Translations under genes and position numbers: made by a program
In this document: positions 9,462 through 18,849 of the stretch, piece by piece
Layout of the letters: every line of letters begins with the position of its first letter
Position numbering within the stretch: the first letter of the stretch is position 1
DNA from: Candidatus Latescibacterota bacterium
GTDB taxonomy: Bacteria; Latescibacterota; UBA2968; UBA8231
DNA: 64,000 nt
Assembly (NCBI GenBank): GCA_965206595.1
Contig: OZ242214.1
Span: 2,752,001-2,816,000 of the forward strand
Reading direction: 5' to 3'
Notes under the pieces: generated by a model
Told to the model about the DNA's origin: nothing
Seen by the model: only the letters and a program-made list of their open reading frames with translations
Database searches by the model: none

Positions 9462-9668
9462 TTACGACCCAGCTTTGTAGGAAAGGCGTAAGCCATTTTC
9501 CTGGTGATGGATGATGGCTCCCATGAGACGGAGATACCGTTCCGGCATCGTTCGTTTCCCCTTCTCCCACAGGCACACCTCGGCCTCACTGACACCCAGG
9601 GCGAGGCCCAGCTCCCATTGCTTCATGCCGAGGGCGTCTCTCGCCCTTTTCAGCTGGTCTTGGGTCAT
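9462..9668 (-). CDS. XRE/Cro-like helix-turn-helix protein (paralog 2)
   Basis: 60 of the first 66 aa identical to 6019..6264; GGAGA RBS. Confidence 0.88.
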   Translation of the reverse strand: MTQDQLKRARDALGMKQWELGLALGVSEAEVCLWEKGKRTMPERYLRLMGAIIHHQENGLRLSYKAGS

Positions 9669-10046
9669 TTGCAGTCTCCATTTTCAAAGGATGATTGTCG
9701 GTGGACACCGACAGAAAGGCACAGAACGGCCCTGAACCGGCCTTGAAGCGGAAAGCCGGAAGCAGGGTGTTGAGAGGGTATTCGGGTTACGGCAGGATCG
9801 GGATTAGAGGGAGAATCCCGTGGCAGAATTTCAGCGATCCGGCAGCGGCAACTGCGTCTGCTTCACTTCATTGCGAGGATAACGTGTGCCGAGGCTAGAA
9901 GGCACGAGATCGCCCCGGTGCCCGAGACCATCTCGGGCAATGAAAATCGCCTTGGCGGCGGGGGTGGGGAAGTAGGAAACCGTGATTCTGTGGGATGCAG
10001 TCCTTCTGGATCAGAAAGCGTGGTCGAAGTCCTGCAGGGGAGGGAG
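9470..10046 (-). repeat. Inverted homologous module, copy 2
   Basis: Reverse-complement homology to 5640-6215. Confidence 0.9.
9696..9713. promoter_or_regulatory. Palindrome TGTCGGTG-GA-CACCGACA (copy C)
   Basis: Perfect 8-2-8 inverted repeat about 28 bp upstream of HTH paralog 2. Confidence 0.55.
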
Positions 10047-10197
10047 AATAATCAGCGGGAACCCGACATTTGCTGCGGGCTCTGGTGACAGATTGGCCCT
10101 ATGAAGATAGAGTGGAAGCACTGGCTTTCAAGAAGAAACTGCGTATATTCACAGTATTCTATTGTCCACCAGTGCACGGGTGTGCAGGAGGGTCCAG

Positions 10198-10443
10198 ATG
10201 AAAAAGAAATTAGAGATTAGGGATGAGGCTATTGAGGCAGTGTATAGTGGTTTGTATGGATTGAACAGACCCTTTCGTTGTAGAGCCAAGACTGGTGAGC
10301 CTCTAAGTATAGCTTGGTGTCAAGAGGAAGACCCCCCTGTAGTCGGTCGAACGGGATTTCACGAATCTTTCACACGTGAAGAAGCAGAATTCAACATGCC
10401 GTTAGGTACTACAGAATGGTTTGAATCAGACGAACTGAATTAG
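10198..10443 (+). CDS. Hypothetical protein
   Basis: AGGAGG RBS before ATG 10198; first gene of a co-oriented AT-rich cluster. Confidence 0.55.
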   Translation: MKKKLEIRDEAIEAVYSGLYGLNRPFRCRAKTGEPLSIAWCQEEDPPVVGRTGFHESFTREEAEFNMPLGTTEWFESDELN

Positions 10444-10478
10444 CGATATGTTGACCAGAAGCAAAAGGAGATGTAATT

Positions 10479-11012
10479 ATGAAAGAGATTATCTCTCCAC
10501 AAACCAGAACTGATGTGTGGGAAGGAAAGTGCTACATCGACTTTCTAAGCCGATACTATGGGAGTCTTTCGGATAAATACGCAAACTACCATATGTACCT
10601 CAGATTTTTTCTCCTAGCCCCTGTAGGGAGTATCTATGTGTACATCAAAGACTATCCTTGGGCTGGAGAAATTTCTGTGATCTCTGGAGTACTGATAGGT
10701 GTTTTCGCCGTATGGGATCACCTGTCTGCCTATCAGAAAAAGCATACCGTGGCAAATATGATTGCAAGGGAATGCCAGACATTGGAAGTAGAATTCAATG
10801 ATTTATGGAATTCCGCGAATTCCAATCTCATTGGGAATGATGAAGCCAAACGCCAACTCAAGGTGTTAAATAGGAAAAGGACAGCAACCACGACTGTGGC
10901 TAGGCTATCAGGGATAACCCACGACGACTATGCCTTGAGGGATAAGATGGAAGAAGAATCGAACGTATTTGTTGAAGGGCGACGAAAACCTATGAAAGGA
11001 GAATTGGCATGA
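10479..11012 (+). CDS. Two-TM membrane protein, SLATT-like architecture
   Basis: AAGGAG RBS; two hydrophobic segments (FFLLAPVGSIYVYI; ISVISGVLIGVFAVW) followed by a helical tail. Confidence 0.65.
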   Translation: MKEIISPQTRTDVWEGKCYIDFLSRYYGSLSDKYANYHMYLRFFLLAPVGSIYVYIKDYPWAGEISVISGVLIGVFAVWDHLSAYQKKHTVANMIARECQTLEVEFNDLWNSANSNLIGNDEAKRQLKVLNRKRTATTTVARLSGITHDDYALRDKMEEESNVFVEGRRKPMKGELA

Positions 11013-11140
11013 GCCAGAGAGAAAATGAAGTTCGTGGAGATCCAAGTAGAAGAACTCCTCCTCCTCCTCCTCCTCCTCCCCCACCACCACCACCAGAACC
11101 AACCCCTTCACAGCCAAGCCAAGGTGATCAAGACGCCTAA
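11009..11140 (+). CDS. 43-aa poly-proline microprotein
   Basis: Hand translation MSQRENEVRGDPSRRT(P)13EPTPSQPSQGDQDA; AAAGGAG RBS; ATGA overlap with the upstream gene; mixed CCT/CCC/CCA codons. Confidence 0.6.
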   Translation: MSQRENEVRGDPSRRTPPPPPPPPPPPPPEPTPSQPSQGDQDA

Positions 11141-11284
11141 AAGTCCATGAGACTACTGAGCCCATCCCTTGGATACCCCGGGGAACATCGCTCGGGCACT
11201 TCTGATGGGCCGGCCCGCCAGAAGGCTGGACTCAGGAAGAAGTTGATGAAGAGGACGACGTAGGATCTGAACAAAGGAGCTATA

Positions 11285-11491
11285 ATGGCGCGCTACTATG
11301 TAAATAAGAACGCACAGTCGAATGGAGATCATGAAGTTCACACAACAGGATGCTCATGGCTACCTGAATTTGAAAACCGAATCTATCTTGGGGACTTTCT
11401 TACCTGTTATCCAGCGGTTGTCGAAGCCCGGAAATATTACTCGCAGGTGAACGGATGTTACTACTGCTCAAACTCCTGCCATACAGGCTGA
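11285..11491 (+). CDS. Small Cys/His metal-binding hypothetical protein
   Basis: AAGGAG RBS; HEVHxxxC and GCYYCSxxCHT motifs. Confidence 0.75.
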   Translation: MARYYVNKNAQSNGDHEVHTTGCSWLPEFENRIYLGDFLTCYPAVVEARKYYSQVNGCYYCSNSCHTG

Positions 11492-12461
11492 TCGGCGATT
11501 TTGGAATTTTCCATCGTCCTTTCATCCTCTAAATCGATGCGTTCTAGCATCCTTCCGTACCCGCCAATGATTCGCCACGGTACGGATCCCACCCGCATTC
11601 AAAGCCGCAACGGGATAATTCCCTTTCTTTTACATAAGGTTATACCAGATTTTTTGTAAATTCGCGCTTTTTATCGGGACTCTACCGCCTCTTTGTCGGG
11701 GGGGTATGTCTCCCTTTTTCCGAAAGGATCAGGGGCGGAATGGGGCTAACTCCCTTCGCCTCCCTCTTTGGTTCTCTCCCTTTGGCCTTGCGCAGTTGAT
11801 TCCCAGTCTTGCGCAGTTTGTTGCGAGCTGCTGAATCCTTGGCGATTGGGCCTCGAAGTCGAAGGAACGCTGCGAAGTGCCGTTCCTTTCGGCGATTTTC
11901 TTCTGCTTGCCGGATCGGCATCCCCCTTTGTCTCCATGTCAGGTTCGAACTTCTTGGCCGGTTCCCTGAGCTTCGGTCAGAAAGGTGCCAGAGCCTTCAA
12001 AGCCTGATCCACGGAGGTAAATTGCCCCAATTTGGGTTAATTAATAGCCGTACTCCGGGTGATGCCGACGGCTCGCCCTCTCCGAAGAGAGGAAGTCGCG
12101 GGGAAACCCCGAGTCGTTCAGGAGGGTCATCACCCCGTAGCGGGCTCCCGAAGGGCCTCGTTGTTTCGTCGGTTTACGAGCACCTGGTACAGTCCCCACC
12201 GGCGGCATTCTGCCCTGGGACAACCGTCTTCGGTCAACTACGAAAATAACGACCCTTGAAAGTGAGAATCAAAACAGAAAACTGCCCGCGGAATCGGGGG
12301 TAACCTCATACCAATGTGTCAATTTTCGAATTTGCTTACGCATTGACCAAGGAATTTGCCGTAGCTTTTGGATATGGGCGATGGTCGGTACAGAACTGAT
12401 ACTGACTGACTGTGGCCTGATTGGGGGTCGGAGCAAATTGGCACTCACTAGTAGATTGACC

Positions 12462-13916
12462 ATGGCACTACGAACCGCATTCGATGACTACCTGGCATTT
12501 CTTACCAGCAACCCAGTAAACAGGGATGGCGACGACAGAAAACCATCCCCCGTTCAGGGTAGGATGCATCCGATACGCACCACGGCTGAGAGAGGCGAAT
12601 GCACGACACAGTTTACACGCTTGGTGAAAAGAACAAAAGTACAATTTGCCAAGGATCCTGACGGGGAGGGAGATGACAGATGGCGATCCAGCGTGCAGAA
12701 TGTCTTGCGGCGAGCGAGGATCTATGCAGACACACTCGACGGCGCACATTCCGCTGAGAAACTATTTCAGAGGTTCGATGCGGCCTTTTCACGGAGCGAA
12801 ATCATAACCGACACCCTGGCTCCGCTTGAGTTCGTTGAATTCTCGGCTGATGGCCCCTTTGAGTTCGGCACCTTCCGTGTAATGAAGTTCTCAGAGCTGG
12901 AATTAAGGACGATAATTGAGAACGATACTCGTGAAATATTTTGGCCAGATTCTACACTGGATACGCCCCTTCTCAGTCAATACTGGTGGCTTGTCGTCAG
13001 TGGGAAAAGGGACCCAGATTATGCAGGACAACTTTTTGAAATAACAGAGTTCCTAGAAGGACCTGTTGTTGAACGCCGGTATGGAAATTTCCCACCAGAT
13101 GTTGAACGTGCCTTAAAGGCGCTTGTCCTATTTGATTGGGACTTCGTTGGAATCTCCTACCCAGGACCGAGGGACATCGACCGTTATCTTCCGGATATAC
13201 AGAATAACGGGTGGTTTGGGTTCAACCTTCCCTTTGTCCTGCGATCCGGTGGGAGCTTGTACTGCCCGCCCCCTCAGGCACCGGACATCTCCAGACTTTC
13301 ACTTGACCCGGTCTTCGACCCCGATGGTGTTGAGTATGGCGTAAGTCCCACACGCGCCATCTATCCTGACTCCAACTCCTTTTTTCGCACAGTAACCGAA
13401 TTCGAAAGCCAGCTCAACATAGTCCGGGCTCAGACTGACCGGTGGCAGTTCATTGACGTCGCAGTCGGGTACTTGGTCAAGGCGTTTTTTTCCGACGAAC
13501 TGGATCAGCTTCTTTGGCACATAACGGCAATTGAAGCCCTGCTAGGTGAGCGAAGAGGGGGGCTGACCGAAACACTGGCTCAAAGATGTGGATTGGTCTT
13601 GAGTTCATCCAAGGAGGACCGAAAGAAAATAAAGAATTCCTTCCGGAATCTATATGACATCCGGTCGCACATTGTCCACGGAAACACTAACCAGCCCCAA
13701 GCCCGTGAAGGGCATCTTGCCATTGCCAGGAATATCGCTCGCGATGCAGTCGTGTGGTTCTTACGGTACTTGTGCTTTCTTGCTGATGACATTCCCGCGC
13801 ACGATGAACGTCATCCAGAGCGTCCCGAGCTTCTCTCTGCACTCGATATGGGGAAGGAAGAGCGCGAACGTCTCTCATACCTACTAGGGCGCCTACCACC
13901 CAGCTTTCCCAGCTAG
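12462..13916 (+). CDS. HEPN (Apea-like) domain protein, putative RNase defence effector
   Basis: C-terminal TAIEALLG...LYDIRSHIVHG containing the RxxxxH motif. Confidence 0.82.
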   Translation: MALRTAFDDYLAFLTSNPVNRDGDDRKPSPVQGRMHPIRTTAERGECTTQFTRLVKRTKVQFAKDPDGEGDDRWRSSVQNVLRRARIYADTLDGAHSAEKLFQRFDAAFSRSEIITDTLAPLEFVEFSADGPFEFGTFRVMKFSELELRTIIENDTREIFWPDSTLDTPLLSQYWWLVVSGKRDPDYAGQLFEITEFLEGPVVERRYGNFPPDVERALKALVLFDWDFVGISYPGPRDIDRYLPDIQNNGWFGFNLPFVLRSGGSLYCPPPQAPDISRLSLDPVFDPDGVEYGVSPTRAIYPDSNSFFRTVTEFESQLNIVRAQTDRWQFIDVAVGYLVKAFFSDELDQLLWHITAIEALLGERRGGLTETLAQRCGLVLSSSKEDRKKIKNSFRNLYDIRSHIVHGNTNQPQAREGHLAIARNIARDAVVWFLRYLCFLADDIPAHDERHPERPELLSALDMGKEERERLSYLLGRLPPSFPS

Positions 13917-14321
13917 CAAGCAATTCTGAGACAATTAACCACCCAAGAACGATGGCGGCCTACACGCTTTTAAGACTCCACCCCCTTCCGGCAGCATTTA
14001 GTCCGGCGTCAGGTCCGCCCTACTCGAAATCGCCCAGCACATAATGTCTAATGAAAGGAGGAGTTGCCTACGGCCCGACGCGCGGAAATCCGCATCCCTC
14101 CTGGATCAGGGCGGCAGCTCGCAGTTCTTCCCCAAAAGAATGCTCGCATCGATCCCGATCCCACGGTGTCAATCTGGCATTCCTCCGAGTTCGGGGGTTA
14201 AAGCAGTGGGACGGGGATGTCCAATTCTCTGCATTTTCTTCTATTATTTTATACCATATTATCTTTAAATTCGCAGATGAGATTACTTAAATTACCTTGC
14301 TGAATTATGTATATAATCCCC

Positions 14322-14996
14322 GGTCGATCTGGTATAGCAAGGTCAGATAATGATGCCCCTTGCGATACTGGATTTCATCCACGCCGAGGGCCGTGACCCG
14401 GTCGAGGCGGCGATGAGCGAGCCCATAGTCCACCACGTACTGAACGGAATGGTAGACCTGGTCCCAACTGGTCCGGAAGGAGCGCGCCACCTCGAGCCAC
14501 GACAGCTTTTTAGCCCACTGGGCCAGGAAGCAGCGGTAGACGTCGGTCAGGTGGTGCTTGCCCGTGCTCCAGGGGACCTTCTCGACGACCACCCGGCCGC
14601 AGGCTTTGCAGGCAACCCGGCGCATGCGATACACCAGAAAGACCGGAAACCCCCAGAGGGGAACAAACTCGAACAGCCGGGCCTCGGGGGCCGTGTCATA
14701 GGTGGGGGCCAAGTGACCGCAGCCGCTGCACGCGCCCCGGGAGTTCTTCCGGGGTCTGACCCTCACCCGTATCCTTCCCTGCCGGTCAAAATGACTGCCC
14801 TCAAACACAAACCGCTTGAAGGTCGTGCACCGGTTGAGTACCGTGATCAGGCGCATCATTCCCTCCACAGGTAGTTGGGATCGGTCTTGGGGGACTGTCC
14901 CAACATACCGGGGGATGATGCGCCTGTGCTACCTGGCCTCCTCTATTCCCATCGCCGCAGCGTCCCTGCCTCACCCACAGATTCTCCAGAGGAGCC
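14322..14996 (-). mobile_element. Truncated ISL3-family element (left end + N-terminal transposase, ORF 14305..14868)
   Basis: GGCTCCTCTGGAGAATC terminus at 14996 (ISL3 ends begin GGCTC); zf-ISL3 CxxC motifs; LGVDE first catalytic motif; cut off near 14322. Confidence 0.88.
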
Positions 14997-16235
14997 GAAC
15001 CGATTATATCAACATTGAGATTGCCCTGTGTATTTACTGGTGCCTCGCGTAGCAACTCCGGCTTCATCGCTTGAAATACATAGAATAGATAATCTCGCCC
15101 CACGCCGTTTTGAGGAACGAATCCAACAACACTGTCTGGGAAGCACGCCTCGAAGTCGAGAACTGCGACATCACCTATGTTCGCGGCGATAGTCATTACA
15201 AGCGTCCCGGCAGGGAACATTTGGCTCACGGCGAGCCCTTTTTTGTTGAGGGTCTGCCTGTACCTAGTTATAGCCTTTTCCGCTTGGGCTACATCGCCCG
15301 TTTGAATAAACGGGTACGGCCCGTCATAGAGAGAGGGGTCGTTACGCGGTCTGTGTGTGAATTTTCCCCTTAACACCTGCGCCACCTGTTTCACTCGCCT
15401 CAGCTCCCAATGCGCTGGAACCTCTCCAAGCCACTCCACACCGGAGTCCTTGTATGACGGATGCGGCTCACCGGTTCGGACGTCGATCTGGCCCGTGACG
15501 GCTTTGTGGATGATGGCCTGCTTCTGCTCCTCCAGCAGCGCAATCAGCTTCTGCTTGGCGCGGATGTAGCGACGGATGCGACGGTTTGCGTGGTCGAGGA
15601 AGCGGACGATGGCGGTTTGTTCCGAGAAGGGAGGAAGAGGAACTAGCTGCCATGCGAAGTCTGTATACCTGAAGTCCGATGATCTTTCCCTGATACCCTT
15701 AGCAAGTGCCTGTATCCACCCGATACGAGCCATTTCACGTAGAATGTAGGCGTAGAAATAGGCGTTGACTTGGGGTCTAGGTTTACAGACTGAATAAACA
15801 GGGGACCCTTTCCCATCGGAATCGGCGATCCCGATAGCCCCGGCAAAAGCATCCATAGAGTGTATTACGAGATCCCCAGCGCGAATGCCCTGATAGCCAA
15901 TTTCCTTCAGGGACTCTGTAAACCCTGACTCACGGCGGTTTTTGCGAAGGGTCACAACACCATCCCGAAAGCATGTGATCCCCAGCGCGAATGCCCTGAT
16001 AGCCAATTTCCTTCAGGGACTCTGTAAACCCTGACTCACGGCGGTTTTTGCGAAGGGTCACAACACCATCCCGAAAGCATGTGACCACCGCATCTTCTTC
16101 TCGAACTGGTCTCTCCATTTTCTGGAATAGCCACTTTGCCCGCTCGACGCTCCAATGTGCTGGCACCTCCCCCAGCCACTCCACACCAGAGTCTTTCTTT
16201 CTTGGGTAAGGCCTGAGCGCCGGAACCACGGCCAT
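14997..16235 (-). pseudogene. hsdS: Type I R-M specificity subunit, disrupted by a 106-bp tandem duplication and an ISL3 insertion
   Basis: KDSGVEWLGEVPAHW repeats and PPFSEQTAIVRFLD conserved region; split into ORFs 15930..16235 and 14801..16006; C-terminus replaced by IS sequence. Confidence 0.9.
15871..16082. repeat. Perfect 2 x 106-bp tandem duplication within hsdS
   Basis: 15871-15976 matches 15977-16082; 106 is not a multiple of 3, so it causes a frameshift. Confidence 0.93.
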
Positions 16236-18847
16236 TAACCTGCCTCCTGGACTGGAACCCGGACGACTAATCGGTCGCGTACTTCCTCATAAATCGAATA
16301 ATTCAAAAGGCGTTGCTGTACGTCTTCTACGATCTCCAAAGTGATGGCCAGTCCGTACCGTACCGGAGCGGGTATGTCTCCGGCATCGGCACGGCAATTG
16401 ACCTTGATCGAAATGTCATCTCCGTCTTCAAAGACAGTCGCCTTGCTTCCCTCAAGCACCTCGTGTTGCAACGTTCCTCTCTGTACAGCCCGGTGGTCTG
16501 CAAACAGGCGATCTGGAGCAATCTCGTTTTTTGGGTCGAACCACAGGTGGGCGACTCGATAAGCCTGGCGCATGCTGTTAACGGGTGAAAGCCAGGCAAG
16601 TGTGATAGTCAAGCGTCGACGCTCGTTTATCGCTGACAGGCTCGGAGGTAACGGGAAGGTAAATACTGCTCCTTCGCCGTCGTCGAGCTCACCAAAGCCG
16701 AGGACAGTAACCCGTTCCTCCGTGCAGCTCATCACCTTTTCGAGTTCACCCCACCCGTATCCCAGAAAGCGACCGAGATACTCCTTGAACGTCTTGCTGT
16801 TCTCTGGGGTTTTCAGTGAGGTTTCGTATTTTGCCATTGCATCTGTCCACACCGAACCATGGGCGAGTAGAGCCTTCGCAAGGACTACATCGTAACCTTC
16901 CGGCAAGTCCACCCCGGGTTGCTCACGAAGTTGGCCGATCAGGTGATACACGAGGCCTGTTCCACGGGCCGCGGCCGCGGCAGCATTGCTGGTGCCTCTG
17001 GTGTACACTGTCTGGTCCAATTGGCCAACGTTTCCTGGGGCGGCAACACGTTGCCCAGGCGGCGAGACCAATTCAGAGACCTGAAGCGTGGCCTGGGTAT
17101 GAGTGGTTCCCAGTTTTTCTCTCAGAAACTGCCTGCCGCCAGGTAGGAATAAATCCGGTTTGATGGCACGCCGATATCCAGGCCCATGGGCGCTAGCCAC
17201 GTTCGGCATACCCGTTTGAACGAACGGGTCGATCAGGTTGCCACTTGCGGGTGGGGATGCATCCTGATGAAGGGCGCCAATAGTCAGCCCGTTCAAGGTT
17301 TCGGCCGGTGACAGCAGGCGCCGGTTTCGCGTATCTGCGGCAACCGCCTGGATTACGGCCTGTTCTCGCTGGTCAGGCGAAAGCCCTTCCAAACCCTGTC
17401 GCGGAACGTCCAGCTCTATGTCTTGAGGATGGTTCCCCCCACTGACGACAAACAGAATCTGGTATTTCCAGGACAGCCAATCCAAAAGCCGCGCCCATGA
17501 GCTCATTTCTCGCAAAAGGGGGCGCATGGGATCGCAAACTGACAAGTTGACGATCCGAACGGTTGGCGCCGCAGGAGGATCCCCGTCTTCGGTCTCGAAT
17601 AAACGCCGTACTGCACGATGGATGAGATCGACAGGTAGCAGATTCGAGGGTATGGTCTCCACGAATTCTCCGCCGTAACCCCGTTGGGGCTGCAGGATCG
17701 GTCTAACGTATAGTGGCCTTTCTGCCGCTTCGTTTCCTTGGTTGAGATCCCCATGGCAGATCAGCGACGCCATGGCGGTACCGTGCTTACGTTCGCTCGC
17801 TTGGTACTCTGACTCGTACCCATCCGGATCATCGATTATCAAACGGTTTTCGAGCAATCGATGACCAGCCAGAGGCATGCCGTCGAACAGGGCTATGACC
17901 GGGGCGGCTTCGGATACCCTCGGCTGCGGACCAGGCTGAACGAGTTCATCCTCTGTGAACGGTTCCGTCTCCCCCTCCTCCGGTATTCGGACGGCACACT
18001 GCCCAACCGGACGGGCATGCATCATATCCTCGCATTGGAGCAACTGGATGTCACGGAATGCATCGGGATCTCGAGCGATCGCTTGGACCTGTGCACGAGG
18101 CAAACGTCCGAGGACGGCATGGTAGGCAATTTCAGGAATCACGCACTGCTGGATCACTTGGCCGTCCTGGGATTCTATGATGCTGCGAAGCAGGGACTCC
18201 GCCTGCTCGCGGCGATCAGTACTTCGTCTGAACCACAGTTCTGCCTGAAAGGGAACATCATCCTCCTCATGCTCCAGACGGCTTCGCCAGTCCTCGAGAA
18301 TCCCCGTCTCTTTAACCCGGTCCTCGACTCCCCACGGCCGAATGGTATGGAGATGCTCGAACGCCTGTTTCAACGGTGCCAAACCACTAGGAAACGATGC
18401 CTTGTGGTCTTTCTCCCATTTTTCGAACAAACTGTGTAACTGCCTCAGCGCTTCCTGATCGGTCATGACGAGAAATAGCTGGCCTCTCAGATGCCTATCG
18501 GGGTTTTTCTCGTCTTCGAAACCGTAATCTGGAGCAATGTCGTCGAGCTCATACTCTCCCAACCACTCCAACCCTGGGATTTTGTCGACGGTCCTGATGA
18601 AATTCTGAATCGGACCGACGGTCTCCAGCACCAGAACCTGTTCTGGAAGTAGGCCGAGTGCGTTGTTCTGAAGCGCGAGGCGTTGATTTTCCATTGCCTC
18701 TTGCAGACGCTGAAACTGTGGCGCCAACCGTTGCGCCTGCTGGGAGGGGTCAGGATTTCTAATCTTCCCCCTCGGAGGGTTACGCTTGGCACGTTCGGCA
18801 GAGACCGGCTCGGGAAACACAAGGAGCGGATAGTCGGTTTCCGCCAT
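16235..18847 (-). CDS. ietS: S8 (subtilisin-like) serine peptidase, IetS-like
   Basis: Catalytic triad motifs ALFDG, KHGTAMAS and RGTSNAA, plus IKPDL; directly downstream of an AAA ATPase. Confidence 0.85.
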   Translation of the reverse strand: MAETDYPLLVFPEPVSAERAKRNPPRGKIRNPDPSQQAQRLAPQFQRLQEAMENQRLALQNNALGLLPEQVLVLETVGPIQNFIRTVDKIPGLEWLGEYELDDIAPDYGFEDEKNPDRHLRGQLFLVMTDQEALRQLHSLFEKWEKDHKASFPSGLAPLKQAFEHLHTIRPWGVEDRVKETGILEDWRSRLEHEEDDVPFQAELWFRRSTDRREQAESLLRSIIESQDGQVIQQCVIPEIAYHAVLGRLPRAQVQAIARDPDAFRDIQLLQCEDMMHARPVGQCAVRIPEEGETEPFTEDELVQPGPQPRVSEAAPVIALFDGMPLAGHRLLENRLIIDDPDGYESEYQASERKHGTAMASLICHGDLNQGNEAAERPLYVRPILQPQRGYGGEFVETIPSNLLPVDLIHRAVRRLFETEDGDPPAAPTVRIVNLSVCDPMRPLLREMSSWARLLDWLSWKYQILFVVSGGNHPQDIELDVPRQGLEGLSPDQREQAVIQAVAADTRNRRLLSPAETLNGLTIGALHQDASPPASGNLIDPFVQTGMPNVASAHGPGYRRAIKPDLFLPGGRQFLREKLGTTHTQATLQVSELVSPPGQRVAAPGNVGQLDQTVYTRGTSNAAAAAARGTGLVYHLIGQLREQPGVDLPEGYDVVLAKALLAHGSVWTDAMAKYETSLKTPENSKTFKEYLGRFLGYGWGELEKVMSCTEERVTVLGFGELDDGEGAVFTFPLPPSLSAINERRRLTITLAWLSPVNSMRQAYRVAHLWFDPKNEIAPDRLFADHRAVQRGTLQHEVLEGSKATVFEDGDDISIKVNCRADAGDIPAPVRYGLAITLEIVEDVQQRLLNYSIYEEVRDRLVVRVPVQEAG

Positions 18848-18849
18848 GA

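Noticed and set aside
5587-11668. Similar blocks AGCGCGA..AAAAAA..TGGTATAAC at ~5587-5620 (+) and ~11630-11668 (-), suggesting 10050-11620 was inserted into module copy 2
   Set aside because: TGGTATAAC also occurs at ~3990 and looks like a generic extended -10 promoter; no convincing junction repeats.
11787-11818. CTTGCGCAGTT twice at 21-bp spacing (iteron-like)
   Set aside because: Only two copies and no Rep gene nearby.
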